A DNA stretch of 62,286 nt, the filler included, from Circinaria calcarea (lineage: Eukaryota): NCBI GenBank assembly GCA_051942165.1. It is 11 parts of 11 records of this genome, joined end to end, with 100 filler letters (N's around TTAATTAATTAA, not from the genome) between each part and the next. Parts side by side here need not be neighbours in the genome. Positions count along the whole stretch, not along the records: positions 11,368 to 16,948 come from JAVECS010001858.1; positions 17,049 to 22,625 come from JAVECS010001859.1; positions 22,726 to 28,302 come from JAVECS010001860.1; 8 more parts are not named here. The stretch is one strand, 5' to 3'. Position numbers and translations under genes: made by a program. This document shows, piece by piece, positions 12,784 through 24,495 of the stretch. The notes under the pieces are model-generated. The model made no database searches. It worked only from the letters and a program-made list of their open reading frames with translations, and was not told the origin of the DNA. The number at the start of each line of letters is the position of its first letter. The first letter of the stretch is position 1.

Positions 12784-15143
12784 CTACCATGCGACGCCGG
12801 TAGCGACAGCACCCGTGTCCCAGTCACCACTGCCAGTAGCGCCAGTTTCCCACTCTCCACCAGAGGCGACGGTTTCGGATACAGGCTCAAACCCAGCATT
12901 GTCAAACCCGCTGTTACCTGCGCCACCATCGGCTGCAGCAGGCTGTTTACAACGCTTGATGGTGTGACCCACTGTGTTGACCATCAGTAATGTTTTCAGC
13001 TTTGGGGAGTGTTAAACAAACTCTCGCCGCAGTTGCTACACTTCACCTTGCTCCAGTCCTTTGGCTCTGGACAATCCTTGGAAAAATGACCCACTGTAAG
13101 AAATCCATGAGTGAGTTTGTTTGCTTACTGCCAACTCGGACAGTACTTACTCTGCTCGCAGTTCCGACAAGTGACTGTAGCAGGATTCTTCGGTTCGGGA
13201 CATTCTTTGGAGATATGACCCTCTTGACTAACCAAATATCAGCGCTGAACAGAGAACTACCACCTACTTCCACTTACTTGCAGTTACGGCAAGCTCGGCT
13301 ACCTCCGGTTGGACAGTCCTTGGCGAAATGACCAACTAAGCAAAGTTAGAAATCAGAGCTCCGAAGGAGAAGGATTGGGCCGTGATACGTACCCTCGTTA
13401 CATTTCTTGCACTCAACCCCTTCAGCGGAACGGGGTTCGGTACATTCCGCAGCAGAATGACCGGATTGCCTAGGGTTTTTAGTCTCACAGACTCGGAGCA
13501 TTTACTCCTGATAGGGCTTTTAAGACTTACTTGCAATTACGGCATGCGTAGCGGTCAGTCCTAGCTTTGGTGCAGTCACGAGCACGGTGACCGATCTCTT
13601 CGCAGTTGACGCATTTGACTTCGACGCGGTCAACTACCGCCTTCTCTTCCTTACAATGCTTTGCAATGTGACCAAGCTCTGGGGAAATGTTTCGTGAGTA
13701 ATATGCTCAACGCTCATTGGTGTCATGTTATTTGGGTCCGCTTACCGTTACAGTTGCCGCATTTTGGAACTCCACGGTCCATGGGTATACCAGCATCCCT
13801 TAAGCGCACTAGATTCTCTTCAGGGCTTGCGGGCCACCCTTCCTTAAGGAACGAGCGCGGAGGCTTGTCACTAAAGAAATATCCAACAGTATACTTGCAG
13901 TCCTGCTTGCCCTGGAAGTTGACCAAGGTGAAGGTATCGGTCACTTCTTTCTCCTATAGGTCGTTACGTGAGCTTGAGTATTCCTTCACCCGGCCCAAGA
14001 TTGAACATACACTAGCGATAAGGTGGACCTGGAAGGTCATCTGACGATAGGCACGCTCAAGTTGTTCGTATGTCGTGTCCGGTACCGCTTTGACATAGAC
14101 CTTGACGGCCTAGACAGTGTTATCAGTGACTGTCTTTGAAGTCCAGTATTTGAGGACCTTGACTTGGCATACCTCACGCAAGTCATCCAGGTCGCGGTCA
14201 GCATCTGCAACCTTCATACCCTCCCATGCGTCTTCCGGAGTTTTGTCAGCAACTTTGGACCAATCAAGCAGACGGTTGTCTTTGCAGTCCAATGCCTTGT
14301 GGCCTTGACGACGAGTCAGCTATCTTTTTTAATGATGGTGTCAAAGTTAGCATAACTTACCTTCCTTCTTGCAATTTCTACAAGTTTCTGGTTGCTTTTC
14401 AGGACACAGTGCAGCTGGGTGTCCTTCCTTCTGGCAGACACGACAGATACCCGTAAATGGACGCTCGACACGTTCATTAGGGCAATCGGCCTTGTTGTGG
14501 CTAAGGAGCCGTTAGAATTATCACAAAAGAAGTGGACTCACTTACCCAGGTTGGTCACAGTTGAAACAATTTCCGCTCTGCTTACGAGGCTCCGGGCAGT
14601 CGGCTGCATAGTGACCAGATCCACCGCAGCTATTTGTTGTCTTGGCATCTATCTCAAGGTATCGAAGTAGGAAGACTTACTTGTGACAGGAGTCACCTCC
14701 TCCACCACCACCGCCAGCGCCAGATTCGAAATCGCCATTTGCAGCATGCATACGCGCATCACCACCGCTATAGCCAGCCTTACCACCAGTAAAGTCCCCA
14801 TTAGTGGTCGCGGCAGCATTAGCGCTCCACTCGCCCTTGGCTTCATTGTTGGTGGCAGTTGCGCCAGCAGTATCACTTCCTTTGTTGTTGGCTCCATCAT
14901 TGTTCGCTACACCAGTATCCCAACCATCGCCGTTGGTAGCTGTGCCAGTATCCCAGCCGTCTCCATCGGCGGCGGCACCTGTGTCCCAGTCGGCTGTGAG
15001 AGGTCAGCACGATGCCCTCATCGGATACGGTGACAGTTTAAGCACAGGCGACAAGGTATGGTGCGTCGCAGTCAAATTCTGGTAAGACGACATAATGAGA
15101 CGCAAGACGGTGAGCTCTTACAAGGACCTGGATTCCAACTCAT
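12784..15143 (-). CDS. Multi-CCHC zinc-knuckle protein (fungal 'CnjB-like'), many introns
   Basis: Eleven CX2CX4HX4C knuckles after manual splicing (4 N-terminal, 7 C-terminal) around a central region with GWPASPEENLVRLRDAGIPMDRGVPKCGNC. Proposed start MSWNPGP at 15143; ends ...TGVAW*. Confidence 0.88.
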
Positions 15144-16235
15144 CTTGGGAGATTTCACGTATTTAGCTTGTTGGTATTGTCAGTGTTGTCGATGGCTCCT
15201 CGAAATATGAGATGGATATTTACGTTGTTGGTTATCGAAGTTGAGAGAGTGTTCGCGGCTTTGGACCTGAACTGATTGCTGCTGTAAGTCAATGTCCTTG
15301 ATCAACAATCTGAAGGATCAGCACGAAGCTATCCAAGTCATGGAGCAGGAGAGAGCAAGTGGACATTCAGAGTTGTGCCACTTGCACTGTTCTGATCGCG
15401 CGTACCTTAATGCTGTTCACTTGGCTACTTGCACTGTCAGCTCAAGTCTGAGCACAAACTCTCTTCGTGCTGATCACACGGAGCAGCAATATGGATGTTG
15501 CCTACCAAGAGCTTTGTCCCACTACAAATATCCTGGATTGATGGACAGTCTCACCGTCAATGTGAACAAGATGGTGATGAGAGGGAAAGGGAGGACAAAT
15601 GGGGCTTTTGTACTTCTTGAGTTAAGCGAACCCTAGCAGGAAAAGCCTATGGGACTCACGGGACTCACAGGGCTTAGTGCCTTTCACCCTCGAGGATGTC
15701 TATTTACGTGATTGGACTAGGAGAGTGAGAAGAGTCAGCACGGGTGATGGAATCACGTTCTGGGAAGCATTGAGAATCTGGAGCCTTGAGTTGTATGGAA
15801 GTTGGGGGGAAGTGAATCCTACTAACGACATCATCGCCCCACATTTGGACGGATCTACCTGTCCAGAGGACCTCTAATACCCATGATCCACGAGGAGCAG
15901 AAATGATTCGCCTGAACGCCATGGTTCTGACTACGATCATGGCATAGCATGGAGAAGCTTCCTACAATATCCACTGCCCGAGAGCTCGAAGCCTCCTCTG
16001 CCACGGATCAACAAAGTGGCATATTCCGTTCACCATTACCTCTACTCCGCAGCATCAACTGAGTACGAAACATCCAATAAAGCATCCATATCACAACGCG
16101 TATCGGGACACCTGCTATGGTCATCTAACCTGCCGGTCAAGTATGTTTACCATTACAACTGTTTGAAACTGGATCTAGCAAATGTACAGGGTATCTAGAT
16201 TGCGGATAGCCAGGTAAAAGCATAGCAGGATCCCC

Positions 16236-16948
16236 CTAAGTCATGCCCAATTCTGTCCTATAGTCACCATTGGTGCTTACCCCGTTTGCCGGAGCGACAT
16301 CGTCCCTGTGGAGGTGCCTAGCAGCAAATTCCGATACCCCAATGCATGCCTGCTCCCCAGACTGTTGAGCTCTCTCACGTCGGTCAATGAGATCTCGGTT
16401 CTCCTCCCGGATGCCCTGCACGTATTTCTTGATGGTCTTTAAGCTCACGTCGTCAAGATCCGTGTCGAGCGTTCCGATTAGACCAGTCAGCTTTTCGTGG
16501 CTGGCCTTGACCGCCTCTAGGTCTTCTCTAGCAACATTATTCTTTTGCTGTATCGACTGGAGTTCTCTACCAATCCCATTGCGGAGCTGGTCGTAGTGCT
16601 GAAGCTGCTCCGCCTGTTGCAAATTTCGTCCCTCCATCTCAACCAAGCTCTTCCGGAGTTCATCAGCGGCACCGGTAGTGCTCTCTCGTAACTTCAATGC
16701 CTGTAATTCGTTTTGCAGCATTGTGACTTGGTTGGCGTGAGCATCGTCAATGTTTTTCCGTTGTCGTTGTTCGTTTTCTAGGTCTTGCTTCAGAGCTCTT
16801 AAGATCTCATTGAATTGAGCTTCCTTGAACTTCACGTTATCGGCATTCTGGAAGTTTGCCTGGCGAAGGCCTTCTTGTGCATCGTGGGCCCTTCGGTTGG
16901 CTCGCGATATAGCTGCTTCAAACGTTCTGCGCTGCGCTGCTTTTTCTG
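16236..16948 (-). CDS. Coiled-coil protein, 3' fragment
   Basis: Frame open from the contig edge (EKAAQRRTFEAAISRANRR...) to the stop at 16236; heptad-like E/Q/L/K-rich sequence. Confidence 0.75.
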
Positions 16949-17048
16949 NNNNNNNNNNNNNNNNNNNNNNNNNNNNNNNNNNNNNNNNNNNNTTAATTAA
17001 TTAANNNNNNNNNNNNNNNNNNNNNNNNNNNNNNNNNNNNNNNNNNNN

Positions 17049-17815
17049 TGGGCATGCCTTTGAGACGACCGAAAGAAGTCCGTGTCGGCGGATACGGTGA
17101 ATTGCGATGGAGGCCTTTGCGGGCTATGACTTCGGACACTCCAAGCATCATCATTCTGTCGTTGTTGGCCGAATAACTCCTTCAAAGATACTTGGCGACC
17201 CATCGGTATGCTGTCCTCGACCACGGCGTCATCCCCGTTGTCATCCCCGTTTGCATGTTGTTCTTCGGCCAGCCTAGTGCCCATCTCGACCCTCGCGGTG
17301 CACTCTTGAATCTTATGGGCCATTGCTGCTCGTTGATGAGAGGTGGAGGAAGGCGGAGGTTCACTGAACACCCAAAGACCGTAGACACGGGGAACTCCGT
17401 CCTTTGCAGACTGGAGGATAATGTATTCCTCGGTCACTTCGACATCGTTGCTACTTAGCAGTTCCACATTCAAATTCTCGAGCCCCCTCCGGTTCAGGAC
17501 CACGACCGAGTATCGAGGGTCTCTCTCTTCGGTTGGCGACAGGCCGCAAATGAATGCGGTGCCTTCGATGCCGCTCTTCTCCCATTGTTGTGATGTCGGC
17601 GAAAACACATAAACGACGGCATAAGGGGCCACATATTCCAGAGATATCACGGCGTGGTCATGCCGTTTGAGCACCGAGAGGTTTAGCTCCTCGTCCGTCC
17701 TGTCGCTCGGTGGAGGGGGAACGTCGGAAAGGTAGTTGAGGTCGCTCTCGTAATCCGATGCCTGGGGTACGGACTGTGACTGAATCCGATGATGCTTGGC
17801 CTTGCGGGATGTCAT
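17049..17815 (-). CDS. DCP1: mRNA decapping activator Dcp1 (EVH1 domain), 3' truncated
   Basis: ELNLSVLKRHD...YAVVYVF...QQWEKSGIEGTAF...VVLNRRGLEN...YGLWVF. Confidence 0.93.
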
Positions 17816-18246
17816 GTTGATCTTCGCCGCAGATGTTCGATGGACTGGTGGGATGACTCTGTTTCACTGAAATAAATGTAACGCGGTATCGTTCGATACA
17901 TAACTTCAAAACGGTCCCCCCACGCAGTAGATATGATCTCCGTCGATCAGCCCTATCCGCATGCCTAAGGTCCGCACCGACGGAGCCCCAATTGACCCTC
18001 CCTCCCTTCCCGACATCTCAAGTGCTCACCTACCTTACCTACTCTGCATTCTATGATGAGCAGGAGCCGTGAGGACCGGACTTGGGACCGGATTCTACAA
18101 CCGGTAACCTTAAATACGGCGCCTCTTTGCAGTCCACCCCTTGACATATAAACATGGCACATGGCACATGTCACGGCACGAGTCGAAGGCCGTTGGTCAT
18201 TCGGCAGTGGCTTCGGGCAACGTCATAGGCCAAGCCACACGGAGTG

Positions 18247-21200
18247 ATGGCGATCGTTCACGACGCTTGGAAGTCGGACGTACCGACACATACAGAGTTG
18301 GCATCGAAAATGTCCTCGTCTGCTCGAACAGAGTCCTCGAGTCTGTCGCGTGTCTCCTCCATTCCAGGCGCATTCCCTACCGAACCCGACTCCCCCACCA
18401 TAGTCTTGTCCCAGCAGTCTCTCGCTCAAGCCGTCCACGCGCGTCGAGCGGAATTCACCAGGCCGCATCGAACACGCATCAAGGTCGGTACCTGGAATGT
18501 GGCGGCGAAGAGCGGAACAGACTTGGATATCGACGGTTGGTTCGTCAGGGGTAAAGGGGTCTCGGAGGCCTTGTCCGGACTATTGATTTGCCCCGAAGAC
18601 GATCCTGGAAGGAAGAATGGTGGTTCGACTGGAAAATCCGGGAAAGTTGAAAGTGTTGCAGAGCAGGAGGAACGACGGACAAAGAAGCATTCCACTTTAC
18701 CCAGGAACGACCCTGGTTCGCTGCCAGGGGGAGAAGACATCGGAATCTATGTCTTAGGTCTACAAGAAATCATCGACATCACTTCTGCTACTGAGGCTCT
18801 CCGCCCTTACACTGACCCCCATCCTTCGAGAAAATGGAAGCGGGCCGTCGCAGAGGCACTGCCGGAAGGGTATCAGCTAGTCGTGGAACAACAACTGATC
18901 GGCCTACTATTGCTTGTGTACGCCTCCTCGTCGGTTGCACCTACCATCTCAGCTGTCAGCACTACGAGTGTTGGAACCGGCTTGATGGGCTATATGGGGA
19001 ACAAAGGTGCGGTAACAGCTCGGATAGTGCTCGGCGAGACAACGCGCATTGTATTCGTCAATTGCCATTTGGCTGCTGGGATTGAAAAGGGCTGCGTGGA
19101 AAGAAGAAATTGGGATGCGGCTCAAATCTTAATTCGAACCAAGTTCGATCCGCTCGATGATGGTGATGGAGTAGTCGAGGAGTCCGGTGAAGGCATTGGG
19201 GACGAAGACTTTGCATTTTGGTTTGGGGACTTGAACTACAGGATAGCTGATTTGCCGGGAGACGATGTTCGAAGGTTATTGATGCTTCACACACGCAACG
19301 AATACGATATCAGACAACATTCTACAATTAAGATTGATAATGAACTTGGAAACTTGGCAAAATCAAATGGCGTCAAAGACACTGCTACACTTCCAACAGG
19401 GGAGCATATAGATCCGTCGTCTGATCCCGCATCATTACAAACCACTCTATCGTCCTTACTTCCCCACGATGAGCTGCATCAACAGATGCGAGCTCGTAAA
19501 GCCTTTCACGACGGCTGGCAAGAAGGACCTATTGAGTTTCTCCCTACCTACAAATACGACGTTGGCAGCGTCGGCATGTTTGATTCTAGTGAGAAGAAAA
19601 GGGGTCCGAGCTGGTGCGACAGAATACTCTATCGTACACGAAAGGACAAGTTGGAGTATGAAAGGAAAGTTGACGAAGAAGACGCAGCTAGGCGAAGGGA
19701 CGAGGAGATGAAAAGCAGAGGGCTTGACAAGTCTACCGATGACGAAGTTTTATACGATTACGACCCAGAAACCGATGGAGCAGAGGATGAATACGATGGT
19801 CAGGTTCGAGACTCCGATGTTATAACTACCCGGAGCGGATACGAGGATCGGTTACATCTTGACTACTATACTTCCCACCAACGAGTCCTTTCTTCAGATC
19901 ACAAACCTCTGGATGCGGTATTTACTCTAGACTATGATGCGGTGGATCCGGCGCTCAAGGCTGAAGTACAGCAAGAAGTTGCTCGGGAACTGGATAAAGC
20001 AGAAAACGAAGGCAGACCTGTGATCACTATTGTCGTTGATCGCCACCATAGCCATCGTGGAGATCCGGACGAAGGCATTGATTTTGGCCATGTTCGGTAC
20101 GACGAAGAGAAGACCCGACATATGACTATCGCCAACACAGGCCGTGCAACAGCAAGATTTGGCTTTGTGGATCGACCAGGTAACCAAGGCAAATCCGGTG
20201 GTATATCTCCTCCGTGGCTCGACATTCGATTCGGCAAAGTTAGCAGCAATGATAATCCTAACCCTGGTGCTCCTCGGGAGTACACCCTTGAACCTGGCGA
20301 TGCTGTCAACGTCGAATTCGCACTCCGAATTTCAGACATGGATCAAGTACGCAGTCTAAATAACGGACGGTCAAAGATCGAAGATGTACTAGTCTTACGT
20401 GTCCATAACGGGAGAGATCATTTCCTCCCGATCAAAGGAACATGGTTACAATCATCTTTTGGGCGGTCAATAGACAAGTTAATCCGACTCCCGGAAGGAG
20501 GGGTAAGGCGACTTCAACATCAGCGACCAGATGGAAGCAGTCATCGGGAGGACGATAACTCGGTAAAGTGGTCAGCTCCGCGAGAGATATTCCGGCTGAC
20601 GGAGAAACTAGAAGAACTCGTGGAGAGAGCACTTGCGGAATGGGGGATGAAGGAGGAGAATGGCGAGCCACCGTGGAGTGCCCTAGGATGGCCCTTTGTA
20701 CAAGGGTTGCCAACGCTTCCTGAAAAGGAGCATCAGAAAGTTAAAGTGGCCTTGCGGGAATCATTAGACACGGGGCAGGACTTTACGTTCCCGCCTGATA
20801 TAGTCTCATCACACAGGGTGGAATTACTAAGCGAGGTGTTACTACAATTCTTGCAGAGCCTGGAAGATGGCGTTGTTACAGAAGGCCTATGGCACGACTT
20901 AGAGAAGGGATTACAAGAGATGGAAAAACTCAAAACCCCTCCGGGAGGGGAGGAAAAGCGGTCCTGGATCCTCGACATCCTATCGGCATCACCCCCTCAT
21001 AGCGTCAGCTTTACGTTCTTAACCTTTATGCTTGCTAGCATAGCAAATGAGTTGGCTCCATTGCCATCGATGCCGACCACGCCTGCAACGCCCAAAACAC
21101 CGGACGCATTGCTGGGTGATGGTCGCGCACGAGGCACGGGTCAGGATTCGAGTGTTGCAAGGAGGAAAGCAACCGAGCGGAGGTTTGCGGAGATATTTGC

Positions 21201-21321
21201 GCCCGTTATAATCAAGGCGCCTTTGCCGGCGAAGGTCAAAGAGAGGAAGGTGAGCGAGGATAGGAGGAGGGAAGTCATCGAAGTATTTCTGCGGTCGAAA
21301 TGGGAGGAGGGGCTTTCTTGA
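18247..21321 (+). CDS. Inositol polyphosphate 5-phosphatase, OCRL/INPP5B-like (IPPc, ASH-like and RhoGAP-like regions), intronless
   Basis: KVGTWNV, YVLGLQE, GNKGAV, FVNCHLAAG, FWFGDLNYR, PTYKYD, PSWCDRIL, SSDHKP; later EDVLVLRVHNGRDHF and PREIFRL. Confidence 0.95.
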   Translation: MAIVHDAWKSDVPTHTELASKMSSSARTESSSLSRVSSIPGAFPTEPDSPTIVLSQQSLAQAVHARRAEFTRPHRTRIKVGTWNVAAKSGTDLDIDGWFVRGKGVSEALSGLLICPEDDPGRKNGGSTGKSGKVESVAEQEERRTKKHSTLPRNDPGSLPGGEDIGIYVLGLQEIIDITSATEALRPYTDPHPSRKWKRAVAEALPEGYQLVVEQQLIGLLLLVYASSSVAPTISAVSTTSVGTGLMGYMGNKGAVTARIVLGETTRIVFVNCHLAAGIEKGCVERRNWDAAQILIRTKFDPLDDGDGVVEESGEGIGDEDFAFWFGDLNYRIADLPGDDVRRLLMLHTRNEYDIRQHSTIKIDNELGNLAKSNGVKDTATLPTGEHIDPSSDPASLQTTLSSLLPHDELHQQMRARKAFHDGWQEGPIEFLPTYKYDVGSVGMFDSSEKKRGPSWCDRILYRTRKDKLEYERKVDEEDAARRRDEEMKSRGLDKSTDDEVLYDYDPETDGAEDEYDGQVRDSDVITTRSGYEDRLHLDYYTSHQRVLSSDHKPLDAVFTLDYDAVDPALKAEVQQEVARELDKAENEGRPVITIVVDRHHSHRGDPDEGIDFGHVRYDEEKTRHMTIANTGRATARFGFVDRPGNQGKSGGISPPWLDIRFGKVSSNDNPNPGAPREYTLEPGDAVNVEFALRISDMDQVRSLNNGRSKIEDVLVLRVHNGRDHFLPIKGTWLQSSFGRSIDKLIRLPEGGVRRLQHQRPDGSSHREDDNSVKWSAPREIFRLTEKLEELVERALAEWGMKEENGEPPWSALGWPFVQGLPTLPEKEHQKVKVALRESLDTGQDFTFPPDIVSSHRVELLSEVLLQFLQSLEDGVVTEGLWHDLEKGLQEMEKLKTPPGGEEKRSWILDILSASPPHSVSFTFLTFMLASIANELAPLPSMPTTPATPKTPDALLGDGRARGTGQDSSVARRKATERRFAEIFAPVIIKAPLPAKVKERKVSEDRRREVIEVFLRSKWEEGLS

Positions 21322-22772
21322 TTATTCCTTGCTAAAGTATCATTTGTGGAAGGTCTTGTCCTTAGTCTCGGGTATGGTCTGCTGGATTTGACCATTTTGT
21401 GTAGGCCTATTTAATAGGCTTGCTACACTTACAAGATTCCAAGGCACTCAATAAGATACCTGGGTACTTCAAGGGTACTACGAAATTGCTACGTAAAGTA
21501 TGTAGACCTTGTCTATACCAACAACTACCACAGCTGCATCACACAATCCCCACGTATCCCCGACATGCTCCTCACGCATCATCATCTGTCTTTCCCCCTT
21601 TTCCCATCCCCTCTTCCAAAAAAAAATCCTTCATCAGTCATGTCTTAACTTCTCTATCTTCCCACATCTTCCCGAAAATTTCCCAAACACTACCTTCGTC
21701 GTTAAATGTACGCTTTTTTCAACCCGATGCATTTTCCCAAGGAGACACAAAGACGGTTCTACACATTATCGACAGGTAAAACGTCAGAGGAGGACCGAAG
21801 GCGTGGTGCTGTGTTTCTCCTGCGAAGTGAGGACCGGCCGGGGGTATATATAGAGGACTGGGTGGGCTGGCTGGGGCTTCGTTACCATAGTCTGTAAATC
21901 GGAAACCCCCCCCCCCCAGTAACATCCTGTAGGGCTCGATGAAACTGTGATTCGAAACCCCCGTTTTGAGTGATATTATGTAGCAAGTTGCGGGGGGTTT
22001 GGTTCTGATGGACTTCGGAAGGATGAACTTTTCCGAACGCTGGGGCTTATGGTAAGGCTTGGGGTAGAATGTCGGTCTGGCGTACGTAGTTCTGAATGGA
22101 TCTAGCTGTGTTCGAGAAGAGTCCGGTTAGGTCTGAGGTTTGGAAAATGGGATAATGGGGGGGGGGGGAGGTGTTATCAGTATTATGGTTGTTATATTGT
22201 TCTTGGGGAAAGGACTGGCGGTTTAGGAGAGCATCTTTTACTGGTAAAGGAAGGGACCGTAGTCCAGCGGACTGACTGGAACCTTTGGTTTAAATCAACG
22301 AGGTGTAACCGAGTTGATCGTATGATGCACTTGCGTGACATATTCCGTGTACAATCGCCTCTGTTGAGATATCAAATGTTGAGATTACCTTATGCTTTGC
22401 AATTAAAGTCTTTAATTGAATTTAGAGATAGCGGTTCAAGCCGTCTGTCCTCCGGAAGCACTATGGTTTGAAATTTGATTGAAGAGCTACCCTAGTTGCA
22501 TCCTTCTTAACTCAAACGTGTAACCTGGCAGCGTTTCCCTTCTTTCATCGTTTTTAGGATCGCCGTAATGTTATTCGGCGCCTCTATTCGGTCAAGATGT
22601 CCAGCAATCGCCCGCCAGATATAGANNNNNNNNNNNNNNNNNNNNNNNNNNNNNNNNNNNNNNNNNNNNTTAATTAATTAANNNNNNNNNNNNNNNNNNN
22701 NNNNNNNNNNNNNNNNNNNNNNNNNGGTGGCGATGATAAGATGCCCCACTTCGTCCTTTCCCTATCAGATGT

Positions 22773-22780
22773 ATATAAAT
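22773..22780 (+). promoter_or_regulatory. TATA box of the micro-exon gene
   Basis: TATATAAA about 70 nt upstream of ATG 22850, followed by a C/A-rich leader. Confidence 0.6.
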
Positions 22781-22849
22781 CCAGGACCTCCAACCCTCTC
22801 TGCAACAGCACTAAACTTCCCAGCTCAACTCAAGCTCTTATTCGGCAGC

Positions 22850-24495
22850 ATGTCCAATTACGACGACAACAGTGTTTGCACTCAGTGATTTCCTAAGTAA
22901 CTTCCGTCAAGGCTGACCAGATTAGGGCCGGGCCGGTGGATACGGTGATGATAGTATGGTGTGCTTAGCTGTCTTTTGCTCGACTTGGTTCGTCAGCCGA
23001 AGCTGACAACCACAGGGCCGCGGTGGTGGATATGGCGACGACAGCATTGGCGTAAGTGGTAACGCTGAGTCCGTCGCCCCTCAGCTTGTTGTTGATCGAC
23101 AGTTTAGTCTGGCCAGACTAACTCCGGAATGGGAAGAGATTCGTATGACCGCGTACGCTTATGCTATCCTAAAAGATACTGTACTACCGATACTGACACT
23201 GTCAAGTCTCGCAATACCGGCTTCGGTATGGGCTCCGACGTAACTGAGGTGGGAGTCAAAAGGTATGCTCGATTGAAGTCTGTCAGGTTAACGCAAAGAT
23301 AGTCTCGCAACATGGGTGGACTAAGTGGAGGCGATTCCTACGGTGTAACGCACGCCGCGGCCCTTTACACCCCAAAGCTTATCTAATCTTATGCAGCCCT
23401 CTGGTGAGGCCGGTATCGGTAGTGACACTTCTGGGGTAGGTCGCAATCGGACTCGGGAGCACATATCCAGCTACTGATATCTAATACAGTCTACAGGCTT
23501 AGGGCGCAGCAATCCTTACAAGGTGTGTACACGTATCTCAGCACGATTCTGTTCAGAGGCTGACATCTGGGACAGTCGTCCGGCCAAGGCCAAGATGATG
23601 ACAGTTATCGGGTGCGTGCTTAGTGGCTGGAACTTTTTCCTCAACACTGAACATGTTGTAGTCATCTGGACATACTGGTGGATCCGGCATACGCGATGAC
23701 TCATACGGGGTACGTTCATATACATTTGATATCTCGATAACTAACCAACAAGGTCAAGTCTTCTGGTCGAACTGGCGAATCGGGTATGGGTGGCGACTTA
23801 TACCGAGCACGTCTCTACTTGTCTCCCGTATTTAGCTAGCAACTGACAGGACAAGGCTTCTGGACGAACTGACGAGTCTGGAATGGGCGGTAACTCTTAC
23901 GGGGTAAGCTTAGTACCCCAGATAGTGTCCGTTAAGATAGCTGACGTGGTGTAGTCGTCTGGCCGCTCTGGCATTGGGGGTGATGACAGCTATGATGTAT
24001 GGATCATGTCGACGTCTTCGCTCCCTAGCTAATTTTGTACCAGTCTGGCAACGCTAGGGGTAGTACAGGACGAGGTAGCGAATATGGCGTAAGTTTAGGG
24101 GCGCAGAATGTCGGACTTTCTGTTATACTGATTCCCTTTCAGTCTGGCAATACAAGCGGAGGTGGACTTGGTACGAGTGATAACACATATTCCGATAACG
24201 CCAAATACGGCTCAGGGACTACAAGTGGCGCCGGTTACGGCAACAAGTCGGACAAGGCCGGCGACAAGTCCTCCAAGGGTGGTGAGTGATAAACTTGCCG
24301 AGTGACGGCATAGAGTTTCTGAGCTAACGTTAAGTCAACCAAGACTCGACCTCCGGCAAACTCATGGAGAAGGTAGGCAGCATGTTCAAGAACGAGAAAA
24401 TGAAGGAGCAAGGTCATGAAAAGCGTGCTCAAGCTGGATACGGAAATGATGGCTCTGAGGGGAACTACGGCGGTACTGACCAGAATAACTATTGA
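22850..24495 (+). CDS. 16-exon Gly/Ser/Asp-rich hydrophilin-like repeat protein (about 280 aa), micro-exon gene
   Basis: Exons 22850-22873, 22926-22958, 23016-23051, 23108-23152, 23207-23239 (or 23248), 23303-23344, 23397-23435, 23490-23522, 23576-23611, 23662-23709, 23759-23806, 23856-23903, 23955-23996, 24044-24088, 24143-24281, 24344-24495. Introns are 47-63 nt with GT (one GC) donors, branch-like motifs and AG. The spliced frame is stop-free and ends DSTSGKLMEKVGSMFKNEKMKEQGHEKRAQAGYG...NNY*. Confidence 0.88.

Noticed and set aside
12364..13331. Plus-strand 208-aa and 113-aa ORFs
   Set aside because: Antisense shadows of the zinc-knuckle gene 3' end and UTR; no protein-like features.
22850..24088. 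CRISPR-like repeat-spacer periodicity
   Set aside because: Repeats are conserved at peptide rather than nucleotide level and the spacers carry splice signals; this is a eukaryotic exon-intron array.
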